NCBI GenBank assembly: GCA_030390025.1
Contig: CM059432.1
Span: 64,544,001 to 64,608,000 of the forward strand
Reading direction: 5' to 3'
DNA from: Squalus acanthias
Taxonomy: Eukaryota
DNA: 64,000 nt
Shown: in pieces, positions 25,553-37,399 of the stretch
Layout of the letters: the number at the start of each line of letters is the position of its first letter
Numbering within the stretch: the first letter of the stretch is position 1
Made by a program: the position numbers and the translations under genes
Notes under the pieces: generated by a model
The model's input: only the letters and a program-made list of their open reading frames with translations
What the model was told of the DNA's origin: nothing
Database searches by the model: none

Positions 25553-25758
25553 GTAAAGGTACACTGAGGGAATCTATTACACAGTATATAAACACAGAAA
25601 GCAATTTGTCTGCAGAGATACAATCTTTTAGGGAGGCATTACATCAAAGACACATCAGAGTACAGCTAAGACAATGAGATGGGTCACAGGGGTCCAACAT
25701 GTCAAATCCTGCCGTCTGCAGTTGAGCTTTTAACTTTTTTTTTTGCCTCCTCGCCACG

Positions 25759-27129
25759 ATGGACGTATCTGCACTCTACACCAATATCCCCCACGATGAC
25801 AGCATCGCTGCGACAGCCTCAGTACTCAACACCAACAACAGCCAATCTCCAGACGCCATCCTACAACTCATCCGCTTCATCCTTGACCAAAATGTCTTCA
25901 CCTTCGACAACCAGTTTTTTACCCAAACACACGGAACAGACATGGGGACCAAATTCGCACCCCCATACGCCAACATCTTCATGCACAAGTTCGAGCAAGA
26001 CTTCTTCGCTGCACAGGACCTCCAACCAACGCTGTACACCAGATACATCGACGACATCTTCTTCCTTTGGACCCACGGCGAAGGATCACTGAAAGGACTA
26101 CACGATAACATCAACAGGTTCCATCCCACCATCAAACTCACCATGGACTACTCCTCAGAATCGGTTTCATTCTTGGACACACGAATCTCCATCAAAGACG
26201 GACACCTCAGCACTTCACTCTACCGCAAGCCCACGGACAACCTCACGATGCTCCACTTCTCCAGCTTCCACCCTAACCACGTTAAAGAAACCATCCCCTA
26301 TGGACAAGCCCTGCGAATACACAGGATCTGCTCAGACGAGGAGGAGCACGATGGACACCTACAGACACTGAAAGACGCCCTCGTAAGAACGGGATATGAC
26401 GCTCGACTCGTCGATCAACAGTTCCGATTGGCCACAGCGAAAAACCGCATAGACCTCCTCAGAAGGCGAACACGGGACACAACCAACAGAGTATCCTACG
26501 TCGTCCAGTACTTCCCCGGAGCGGAGAAACTACGCCATGTTCTTCGCAGCCTTCAACGTGTCATCGATGACGACGAACACCTTGCTAAGGCCATCCCCAC
26601 ACCTCCACTACTCGCCTTCAAGCAGCCGCCTAACCTCAAAAGTACCATAGTTCGCAGCAAATTACCCAGCTGTCAGGAGAACAGCGACCACGACACCACA
26701 CAACCCTGCCACGGCAACCTCTGCAAGACATGCCAGACCATCAGCACAGATACCATCATCACACGTGAGGACACTACCCACCAGGTACATGGTACATACT
26801 CATGTGACTCGGCCAACGTTGTCTACCTCATACGTTGCAGGAAAGGATGCCCCGGAGCATGGTACATCGGCGAGACCATGCAGACACTGAGACAACGTAT
26901 GAACGGACACCGCGCAACAATCGGCAGGCAGAATTGTTACCTCCCAGTCGGGGAACACTTCAGCAGTCAAGGACATTCAGCCTTGGATCTGCGGGCTAGC
27001 GTCCTCCAAGGCAGCCTTCGAGACACACAACAACGCAAAATCATCGAGCAGAAACTGATAGCCAAGTTCCGCACCCATGAGGACGGCCTCAATAGGGATC
27101 TCGGGTTCATGTCACGCTACAGAACGTGA
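25759..27129 (+). CDS. Penelope RT plus GIY-YIG endonuclease, 5'-truncated but uninterrupted (456 aa)
   Basis: MDVSALYTNIP, GTDMGTKFAP, RYIDDIF, YRKPT, C-x4-C-x2-C linker, NVVYLIRC...WYIGET...RMNGH. Confidence 0.9.
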   Translation: MDVSALYTNIPHDDSIAATASVLNTNNSQSPDAILQLIRFILDQNVFTFDNQFFTQTHGTDMGTKFAPPYANIFMHKFEQDFFAAQDLQPTLYTRYIDDIFFLWTHGEGSLKGLHDNINRFHPTIKLTMDYSSESVSFLDTRISIKDGHLSTSLYRKPTDNLTMLHFSSFHPNHVKETIPYGQALRIHRICSDEEEHDGHLQTLKDALVRTGYDARLVDQQFRLATAKNRIDLLRRRTRDTTNRVSYVVQYFPGAEKLRHVLRSLQRVIDDDEHLAKAIPTPPLLAFKQPPNLKSTIVRSKLPSCQENSDHDTTQPCHGNLCKTCQTISTDTIITREDTTHQVHGTYSCDSANVVYLIRCRKGCPGAWYIGETMQTLRQRMNGHRATIGRQNCYLPVGEHFSSQGHSALDLRASVLQGSLRDTQQRKIIEQKLIAKFRTHEDGLNRDLGFMSRYRT

Positions 27130-28720
27130 CTCGACATCGTTGTCTGTCTTTCCAGTTTTAAAACCCCCCCCCCCCCCCCAAAAAAAAAGTTAAAAGCTCA
27201 ACTGCAGACGGCAGCATTTGACACGTTGGACCCCCTGTGATCCATCTCATTGTCTTAGCTGTACTCTGATGTGTCTTTGATGTAATGCCTCCCTAAAAGA
27301 TTGTATCTCTGCAGACAAATTGCTTTTTGTGTTTATATACTGTGTAATAGATTCCCTCATTGTACCTTTACCTGACGAAGGGGCAACAGCTCCGAAGGTT
27401 CGTAATTTTAAATAAAACTGTTGGACTATAACCTGGTGTTGTGCGACTTCTCAAATTTAAGTTAGGCTGACTCTGGAAATTCAGATGTGGTCAGCGCTAT
27501 GCAGGTCAAATACGTGAGAGCTGTGGACTGCTTAACTTTTGGTCACATTTATGCCCAATCAGTATTTTTAGTAACATAATTTGATGTGGATTAATTCAAA
27601 ATAGAGTAACAGATTAGACAATTTACCAACATTCATATAAACCACATACTCACTTTCGAAAAGCAGTTCCATTTAGTGCTTCAGAGGAAACTTTATCCTC
27701 TTGTTAATATGTAAACTTATAAAACTTGATAGATAATGAGGGATACACATAAAAATCATAACTTTGTTATACTTTAAATTTTCAAATTACTTATGTAAAT
27801 GTCAATTCTAAATGAGACAAACTGCATAACATTAACCTAAACACAGAACAAACACTGTCATGCACTGTACTTGTGGATTAGTGTGGCACGTTCAAGTGTG
27901 GTGGACACAAGTTTGTGACTGTTGTTGTGTGCTGAGTTTCTGATCTGAGTCAGGCTGTCAGTTGGAATCACAGAGAGGCAGCAATGTGCTACTTTACAAA
28001 GGGGGAGGGAAGAATGATGTGAGTCATCTCAAGGCGTTCGTGCATACATACTTTTAGCAGCCAATTCCAGAATGGAAGAGTGCAGACAACTGAATTATTG
28101 ACCACCCTCACAGTCATGGAATGGCAAATGACATCAGGCAGTTTAATGAGAAGGAAAAGAAAGTGAGAACATAACAAACTAATCAGCAATTTCATTCAGC
28201 TATGAAGCCCACTCCTTGCACAGAACATATACAATCTACTATATTATGTATTCCGACTCACTCATTTCATTTCCAGAGTGAAAGTTCAGCATAAATACTC
28301 TCTGACCCCAAAAGGTTATCAAGCTACACCCCAAACTATTTATTCATTCCTGCATCTTTAATATTTAAACTTGCATGATCACTTTCTATAGATGACACTC
28401 CCCAATCCTCCTCAGCTTCCTCAATATACGAGCCATCATATCCTATACTGCATTTGATTATTTAATTAAAATGTGGGATAAAGTACTTTAATTTCAAGAA
28501 CAATAGTAAAATACTGCAGATCTGGAAATCTGAAATAACAACAGAAATTGCTGGAAACACTCAGCAGGTCAGGCAGCATCGAGGAGAGAGAAACAGTGTC
28601 AACGTTTCGGGTCGAACCCTTCATCAGAACTGGAAAAGATAAGGGAAGAGAGATTTTTAAGCAGGGGCAAGGAGGAGGGGAGGAAAGAACAAAGGGAAGG
28701 TCTGTGATAGGATGGAAGGC

Positions 28721-29299
28721 CAAAAATGAGAAGTCGCACAACACCAGGTTATAGTCCAACAGATTTATTTAAAATTACAAGCTTTCGGAGCTGTTGCCCC
28801 TTCGTCAGGTAGAGTTACAATGAGGGAATCTACAATATTTCACAGTATATAAACACCGAAAGCAATTTGTCTGCAGAGATACAATCTTTCAGGGAGGCCT
28901 TACATCAAAGGCACACCAGAGCACAGCCAAGACAATGAGATGGGTTACACACCAAAAAAAAAATGAGATGGGTCACACACCAAAAAAAAAGTTAAAAGCT
29001 CAACTGCAGACAGCAGGATTTGACACGTTGGACCCCCTGTAACCCATCTCATTGTCTTGGCTGTGCTCTGGTGTGCCTTTGATGTAAGGCCTCCCTGAAA
29101 GATTGTATCTCTGCAGACAAATTACTTTCGGTATTTATATACTGTGAAATATTGTAGATTCCCTCATTGTAACTCTACCTGACGAAGGGGCAACAGCTCC
29201 GAAAGCTTGTAATTTTAAATAAATCTGTTGGACTATAACCTGGTGTTGTGCGACTTCTCATTTTTGTCCACCCCAGTCCAACACCGGCATCTCCGCATC
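28721..29299. mobile_element. Non-coding fold-back Penelope insertion made only of two inverted pLTRs
   Basis: 28721-~28947 is the reverse complement of ~29039-29267. TSD AGGATGGAAGGC at 28709-28720 and 29300-29311. Confidence 0.9.
29179..29211 (+). ncRNA. Minimal hammerhead ribozyme core (mirror copy at 28776-28808 on minus strand)
   Basis: CUGACGA-A-GGGGC-AACA-GCUCC-GAAAGCUUGUA. Confidence 0.72.
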
Positions 29300-29857
29300 A
29301 GGATGGAAGGCAGGAGAGATTGTCTGACAAAAGGGATGATGGTGCAAGGCAAAAGGAGAGGTAATGGGACAAGTTAAGAAACAAAAGATGACTCTAGATG
29401 AGGTGTGAGGAAATAAGAGAAAAAAATAAAAAAATAAAGAAATACAGGGGCCAATTTATAGTCTGAAATTGTTGAACTCGATGTTAACTCCAGAAGACTG
29501 TAAAGTGCCTAATAGAAAGATCAGGTGCTGTTCCTCGAGCTTACGTTGAGCTTTATTGGAACAGTGTAAGAGGCCGAGGACGGTGAGGTCAGAGTGGGAG
29601 TGGAGCGGAGAATTAAAGTGACAGGCGACAAGAAGCTCGGGGTCACCCTTACGGACTGAATGGAGGTGTTCCGCAAAGCGGTCACCCAATCTGCGTTTGG
29701 TCTCCCCAATGTAGAAGAGACCGCATCGTGAGCAGTGAATACAGTATACTAAATTGTAAGAAGTACAAGTAAATTGTTGTTTCACCTGGAAGAAGTGTTC
29801 GGGGCCCTGGATGGTGGGAAGGGAGGAGGTAAAAGGGCAGGTGTTGCATCTCCTGTG

Positions 29858-31485
29858 TGTAAGGGGTTCGCGTGGCTCTGTGCTTAGCCTGGGTGCTAGT
29901 GCGGGGTTAGGCCTTGTTGCCTGTTCTGGTCTCCAGCCAGCCTGGTGACACTAGACGCCTGTGAGTGGTTCGACCCACTCGCCCTTATGGTTCTGACACT
30001 GGACTTAGGTGCGAGAGCAATAATGCAGAGAAAACTCAGGTAGACCCAGTTGAATAGTGCGAAATGGAAAATCTTTATTGCATATTATTCAAGATTACGA
30101 AATACATGTCATAAGCACAGATTAATGACAGTACAAACTTACATACATTTATGCAACTAGGTTTAGGGAAACGAGGAGCGCACGACACATCGTAAAAGGG
30201 GACACACATTATAATTATCCTTAAAACATAAACCCTCCCCTATCAATACCTGTCCTAATCTAGATCTGTAGGATCGAGACTCATGCTCACCACTCGTGAT
30301 AACTCGGAGAATTCCGAAAACGCTGCTCGGATGTTTTCACCACAGCACCTGAATATCCATGTGTTGATCAGGGGTCTCTGTACCCCACTTGTTTACTCGC
30401 TTTGCTCCGGCTAGCAGGCTGGACCGTCTGCTGTCATGAAGATCTGTGTTGACCTCGGACTCCAGATACAGTTCGAAGAAGAGTCTTACTGTGCTCGACA
30501 CCAGTTGTCGGTGGAACTCGAAGAAAAGTCTACCAGGGCCAGTTGTGGAGTAGCCGATAGAATTCGAAGAAGTGGTTAATCGATTTTCGGGCGCGGTCGG
30601 GGTTTACTGACCGCGGCGGCACGTGTAGTCGTCTTCTTCTCTTCTCATCTCATCTCATCTCATCTCCTCTCGGGCCTTCGGTTCCGACACCGTTTACCGA
30701 CTTCTCGGATGGTGCGCCCGCTTACAGGCCTTCGCAGACCAGCTCTCCACAGATCTTCGCGGCAAGCCACGAGGTTGACTCCCGGAAAATCAGCGGATCA
30801 GAGAAGCGAGTCAAAGGAATAAGAGTCGAGCGAAACAAGAGAAAGATGGACGTTTGGACACTACAGTTATAGTACTGTAATTCCTTATCTCCCGCCCAAT
30901 CTTAATGTTCATCTTTTGTCATGTTTTGGCGCTCAAACTTCTTGTATGGGGTGGTACTTGTCGTTAATGGGTTTCGGTGATACTTGTAACTGTCTGAGTA
31001 CCCGTTAATATTTCTCCCCTTGTGGAACCGGCTAGGAGTCTCCCTGGAGGGGTTTTGGGGGCCTCCGATTCTTGTTGTGAGTACCCGCGAACGGCTCTCT
31101 CATCGTAGAGCCGTGGGGAATTTGCGTATCAATGTCTTTTGGATGGGCCCCTAATTGCCCAGTACAATAGCCCTCGTTTGTGCATGGAAAACCCGATTCC
31201 AGCACTTATATTCCTTGCTTGGGTGTTAAAATGCAAAACGATCTCGTCTTGTCTTATCTCAATATGCTGAGTCCTGTCCGATCTTGCTGAAATGTTTATT
31301 GAAACACCATCTTGTCTGCCTGCTGAAAGTCTAGAACCTTCTGCCACGAGGCGTGACGGCCATTTTACAGGCTGCTTGTGTCCGTTTTGAAACCTGACAG
31401 CATTTTGCTGAAATAAAGCTGTGTTTACGAAACTGTATGTCTCTTTCTCATTATTTTTAAATCGCGATAATTTGCGAATTCTACA
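29858..31485 (-). mobile_element. Solo LTR, family A (~1.63 kb)
   Basis: Termini TGTAAGGG ... TTCTACA, with TGTG TSD at 29854-29857 and 31486-31489. It is a reverse-complement homolog of 43353-45003 and interrupts a Penelope ORF. Confidence 0.85.
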
Positions 31486-32894
31486 TGTGCTTGCATGGGA
31501 AGGTGCCGGGTGAAGGGGAAGGGGTGTTGGGGGTAATATAGGAGTGGACCAGGGTGTCGTGGAGGGTGCATTCCCTTCGGAATGCTGAAAGCAGGGGTGG
31601 GGGGAGGGGAAGATGTGTTTGGTGATGGGATCATACTGGAGATGACGGAACTGGTGCAGGATGATCTGTTGAATGTGAAGGCTGGTGGGGTGAAAGGTGA
31701 GGACAAGGGGAATCCTATCGTGGTTCTGGGAGGGAGGGGAAGGGGCGAGAGCAGAAGTGCGGGAAATAGAACGGACACGGTCGAGGGCCATGTTAACCAC
31801 GGTAGAGGGGAATCCTCGGTTGAGGAAAAAGGAAGACATACCAGAAGCACTGGTATGGAAGGTGACATCGCCAAAACTGATGCGGCGGAGATGGAGAAAC
31901 TGGGAGAATGGAATAGAGTCCTTACAGGAAGCGGGGTGGGAGGAAGTGTAGTCCAGGTAGCTGTGGGAGCCTGTGGGCTTATAGTGGATGTTGGTCTATC
32001 CCCAGAAATGGAGATAGAGAAGTCGAGGAAGGGAAGAGAAGAGTCGGAGATGGACTGTGTGAAGGTGAGGGAAGGGTGGAAATGGGAAGCAAAGTGAATG
32101 AAATTATCTAGTTCAGGGCGAGAGCATGAAATGGCACCGATACAGTCATCAATGTACCGGAAAAAGAGGTGAGGGAGGGGACCTGAGTAGGGCTGGAACA
32201 AAGAATGTTCCACATATCCCATGAAAAGGCAGGCATAGCTAGGGCCCATGCGGGTACCCATAGCAACACATTTAATTTGGAGGAAGTGAGTGGAGTCAAA
32301 GGGGAAGTTGTTCAATGTGAGAACAAGTTCAGCCAGGTGGAGGAGGGTGGTAGTGGATGGGGACTGGTTGGGCCTCTGTTCAAGATAGAAGTGGAGCGCC
32401 CTCAGGCCGTCCTGGTGGGGGATGAAGGTATAGAGGAATTGTACGTCCATAGTGAAAAGGAGACGGTTGGGGCCAGGAAACTAGAAACTGTTAAAGTGGC
32501 GGAGGGCGTCGGAAGAGTCACGAATGTAGGTGGGAAGGGACTGGACAAGGGGAGAAAAAATAGAGTCGAGATAGGAAGAAATGAGTTCTGTGGGGCAAGA
32601 ACATGGTTAATTAGAGGGCTAGATTTTGATACTGGGGCGGGTTGGGGTTGTGTTTTCCACTTTTCGTGTTGCCCACCCTAATCTAGATCGATGTGGGAGA
32701 GTGATGCGATTTTAACTTAATTGGTCAATTGAGTTCCAATGTGTGGGAACCCATGGCCAATGAGTTATTCTAGTCTGAAAGTCGCCTCCGATGACGTCAT
32801 CATTGCTGCTACATTTAAGGTCTGCTACAAGCCTTGCTTCTTCTGCAGACTGCCAAGCTTCTGGGCTTGTATCTTAGAGGCAACTGCAGGAGGA

Positions 32895-34818
32895 ATGGCC
32901 AGCCAAAGACCCAGGTCTGCTCCCAGGTTCAATGACATTGCCCTGCAAGCTTTAGTGGAGGGAGCAAGAGCCAACAGAGAGGTGCTCTTCCCTTCCTCAG
33001 GGAGGAAGAAGCCTCCCCAGCAGACCAAGGCTGTGTGGGTCCAGGTCGCCCAGGAGGTCAACTCTTTATCCATCACCCGCAGAACCTGGCTCCAGTGCAG
33101 GAAGAGGTTTCATGACCTTCTACGCACTGCAAAAGTGAGTATGACTTTCCCTTCACCCTCATTCTGATCCCCATTGCCTCTCCTCACCAGCACTCATCTT
33201 TAGCAACCTCTTCCTCCATATCCCACTTGACACTGACATCCATGCAGCCTTACCCATTCCCTCTCCCTCTATGGTCACATTCACCTTACTATTCGACTAT
33301 GCAGCCCTCACACTCCCTATCACTGTCATGCTATGAAAACAACTTATAACACACAGGGAGGGCCCTTGGTCTTGCCACCTCACTCCATCTTTGTCTCCTT
33401 CTAAGCATCTATGCTATGGACTCTCTACACTCACTCCTTCAATCTCACTCAAACTCCACTTGTCTCCCTCATTGCAGGAAAAGAGAGCTCACAATAAAAG
33501 GGAAAGAGCTAGGACAGGAGGAGGGCCACCTTCATTAGCCCAGCTCACCCCCTGGGAGGATGCGGTCCTGGAGATCGTGGGAGTGGAGGACGATACACAA
33601 GTGGGGGACGGACAGACGGGTGCATCACAGCAAGCTGGTGACTGAATAGTGTTCCATCTCTCTCATTGACATTGCATGAGTCGCTGATAATGAATCTGAA
33701 GCTCTAACAGATGGGTTTATGATCATCTGCAATATGCAATGTGCATGTAACCTTGGCATCACATCTCTGACTCTTTCCTTTACTCCCCCACAGGACCATC
33801 GCAAGCACCCGTCCCCACTAGCCAGGAGGAGCAGCCTGAGCATCCAGACTCCTCAGAGGAAGCTGCAACCTCTGAGGGCGCAGGGTCAGCAGAATTCAGC
33901 ACACCCAGCACCAGCGCAGAGACTCACACCTCGGTGGGACCCTTGGGACATAGAGTAGTGTTGTCACCTGGTGTATCACAGCTCACAAGTGAGCATCAGC
34001 AGATGGTGGAGACAGGGACAGCAGTGGAGAGTCCTAGTGAGAGGGCGCAGAACTCTCCTAGCTCGGTTCAGCTGCATGTCGACCCTCTGCCTCTGGGGCC
34101 ATCCATAAGATCAGCGGTGCTGGGACTCCAGGAACAGATGCAGGAGTCTCTGACAGGTTTTGTCTCCAGGGTCGCTGTGAGTGTGGAGCGAATGGAGGAG
34201 TCCATAGCGAACATGAGCAGAGCCTTTGCGGAGTCATTGGCACATGAACGCATCACCATGGAAAGGATGGCAACCTCCATGGAGGTGATAAGTCGCCAGA
34301 GTGCAGAAAACATGGTGAGTGTTCTGAATAGAATGACATCTCTGGAGGAGCGATGGACATCTATTGAACAGAGAAATCAGACCTTCATGGAAGTCCTTCT
34401 GAGTAGGACTGCCAGTGCAGATACGGGTCCCCATGGCCCCCCTGATATGCAGCAAGGTGCTCTCAAACCACTTGCAAGCGCTGAGGTGGACCTGACCCAT
34501 GAGAGGGATGTTGGTGGCAGACAACAAGGAGGTGGGGGCTCCTCTCCAAGCGCTCACACTTCCATGCCACTGACAAGTCCTCGGTCAGAGCCCCACCAGA
34601 GTCCGCACCCAACTGAGATTGGCGTCTCAACCCTTGCCCAGCCGTAGGAGCAGCAGACTGTTGCCGAGCCCTCGCAGGTTCACAACCCCAGAGGACGCCC
34701 GCCAAAGGTGTCGAGACAGGAGCAGCAACAAACTGAGCAGGGGGCCTCCACCTCTGCTGAAGCCACAGGGGAAGCACCACGTAGGAGCACGCGTAAGAGA
34801 AAGATACTGCACAAATAG
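32895..34818 (+). pseudogene. Harbinger Myb/SANT-like DNA-binding protein, 3 exons (32895-33134, 33478-33637, 33794-34818), one premature TAG at 34645
   Basis: GT-AG introns with compatible phases. APRFNDIALQALVEG...W...WLQCRKRFHDL; REKRAHN...RTGGG; C-terminal RGRP and PRRSTRKRK. Confidence 0.85.
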
Positions 34819-35069
34819 TCACAAGGGTAGTCACTTGGGTGAAATTTGATGTTTAATGTAAAAAAGCCATCAGATGTTAAGTGTAAATAAAGACTCTGAT
34901 GGCTACAGCTGCAGTTGTGGCGTCTGTCATTTCACTAATAGGACTTCCACAATGAGGCCTTAGGATAACTTGCAATTGTCAGTATGGTGGTCAAAGTGTT
35001 AGGGATCCGCTTGGTCATTGTCGTAGCTCTGGTAAGAAGCTGCGAGGAAAAAGTGCTTGATTGTCTAGG

Positions 35070-36302
35070 CTAAGCAAATCTAGCCAATATGAGTGCGTCC
35101 CTTGCATTCCGGGCAGCTATGGTCTTGCGTAATGCTGCCGCTGGTTGATGGGCCTCTGCAAGATGTTCGTACTCTCTCTCCTCCTCCTCCTCCACATCCT
35201 CCTCCTCCTCATCTGAGGAGGCTATGTGAGGAGCCACTTGGTCCTCCGGTATCTGCAAGCCACGACGCTGTGCCATGTTGTGAAGTGCACAGCAAACCAC
35301 GACGATTCTGGAGACCCTGGCTGCTGAGTATTGCAGGGCTCCACCTGATCTATCCAGGCATCTGAAGCACATCTTCAGCATACCGATGGTTTGCTTGATT
35401 ATGGCTCTGGTGGAGATGTGGCTGGAGTTGTAGCTCTCCTCAGCTGCGTTGGATGGGCTCCTCAAAAGCGTCATTAGCCATGTCTTCAGGGGATAGCCCT
35501 TGTCTCCAAGTAGCCATCTGTTAAGTTGGTCTGGCGGACTGAAAGCGGAGGCACACTAGACTGGCGCAGTATGAAGGAGTCATGGCAACTGCCAGGGTAC
35601 TTGGCACAAACATGCAAAACTTCCTTCTTGTGGTCACACACCAGCTGAACGTTGAGGTTGACAAAAATACCTGGATTGCGATGGGGTGCCTTAAGGGCCA
35701 CATGTGTGCAGTCAACGATGCCCTGCACCCTTGGAAAGCCTGCCAGATTAGCTAATCCAACCGCACGCGTCGTGACACTTGCTCGATCCTTGGTGAAATG
35801 GATGTGATTGTACGCGATGGCAAAGAGGGCATCGGTTACCTGCATGATGCAGGTGTGTGCGGCCGCCTGGGAGATGCCGCTGATGTCTGCTGCTGATCCC
35901 TGGAATGAGCCTGAGGCAAAAAAGTTGAGTGCGATGGTGACTTTGATGGCCACTGGTAAGGGGTGTCCACCTGGTCCTCTGGGCTCCAGGTCTTGTTGCA
36001 GCATTGCACAGATGTCACCCACTACCTCTCGCGAAAGTCGGAGCCGCCTTTGGCTGCTCAGACATGTTGAGGTAGCTGACCCTCTGTCTGTAGACCCTGT
36101 TTGGGGGGTATCTCCTGCGCCGATGGCCTTCCATGCGCTGGCCACTTCTGGCCTGTGCAGCTTCAGGCGGGTGAGCAGCAGCTTGGCGCTCCTGCTGTTG
36201 CTGCTGCTGTTGGTGCTGCTGTTGTTCATGGTTCTGCTGGTGCCGCGGCTGGTGTTCGTCCTCATCTGATGCCCAGGAGGGAAGGAAAGAAATGGCTCCC
36301 AT
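35070..36302 (-). pseudogene. Harbinger DDE transposase (HARBI1-like nuclease family), frameshifted
   Basis: [59 protein letters not shown]. Confidence 0.92.
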
Positions 36303-37399
36303 GCCTCTGGTATATACCTCAGTTGAGGAAGCGCTCAATGAGGGTGGCGAGAGGGGTTTCCCAGGAGGTCACACTGGAGATGGGTGTCAGGCTCCAAACT
36401 TCCAGAGCTGTGGTTATGCCTTCTAAAAGTTCCCCCAGACCTGTGACAGCAAAGTCCTGCCACCTGCAAATGATGGCTGATCAAATCTCCTATTTAATGG
36501 TTGAGCTGCAGCTGAGAGTCAGCAATCCAATTGTGCTCCCGCCAGGTTTCACCGTCGTGTTTCAGATCAGGCGTGCTTCACGTGGGAAAAGGTTAAACTA
36601 GCAAAAAACTATCAAAATGGCATTACAGAGCTAATTTAGGGCTTGTTAAGGGCATTAATGGCCTCTCCCACCTCTTGGAGGCGGGACGGAGACGTGACCA
36701 GTAGACACGATTTCATCAAAATTGTGTGGAGGCGGGATGGAGGCGGGATGGGGCCCGCCCGTCAGTTTCTGCAATTTTAACCCCCCACACGTCTCCAATC
36801 CCGCCTCAACGGCCCTATGAAAATCCAGCCCAATGGGTCTACCAGAGCAGTCCTGTTTGTGGTTCTTGGGAAGGAGGTAGAAGCGGGCTGAACGGGGTTG
36901 AGGGACTATGAGGTTGGCGGCCATGGAGGGAAGATCTCCAGAGGAGATGAAGTCAGTGACAGTCTTGGAAACGATTTCTTGATTTTCGGTAGTGGGGTCA
37001 TGGCTGACGCTGAGCTCTTTTTCCGTTGCCTTCGTCTCTGTGCCCACTTCTTTGCCCAGGAGTCTTCCCCCCGCACAGCGGACCATTTCTCCCACTTTCA
37101 GAATTCTCGTTCTACCTGGACCCCTCCCTCTGGCATCTTACCCTCTCTGGATCTTTTCATTGCTAACTGCCGGCATGACATTGGCCGTCTCCATTTCTCT
37201 GCGCCCCTCACTCACTCCAACCTACCTCCCTCTGAACTTGAAGCACTCCGTTCTCTCCGATCCAACCCTAACATTGTCATTAAAACTGCTGACAAGGGTG
37301 GCGCTGGTGTTGTTTGGCGAACCGACCTCTACCGTGCGGAGGCTGAACGCCAACTCTCTGACACCTCCTCCTACCTCCCCCTGGACCATGATGTAGAGG

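Larger units (their letters stand above)
25431..27453 (+). mobile_element. Penelope-like element with inverted pLTR at its 5' side
   Basis: ~25469-25745 is the reverse complement of ~27181-27453. AAATTTAAGTTA is directly repeated on both flanks (TSD). Confidence 0.92.
32616..36831 (+). mobile_element. Two-gene Harbinger (PIF/Harbinger) transposon, decayed
   Basis: TIRs GGGCTAGATTTT ... AAAATCCAGCCC with convergent Myb/SANT and DDE transposase genes. Confidence 0.92.
28495..37391 (-). mobile_element. Penelope-like element (second family), fragmented by three insertions and 5'-inverted
   Basis: pLTR ~28495-29450, GIY-YIG 29456-29857, RT 31486-32602 (MDVQFLYTFIP, RYIDD), continuation 36832-37003, and an inverted (+) N-terminal piece ~37005-37391 (IVIKTADKGG). 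Confidence 0.8.

Noticed and set aside
35070..36302. Domesticated host HARBI1/NAIF1 gene pair
   Set aside because: Multiple diverged copies with TIRs, frameshifts and stops indicate transposons.
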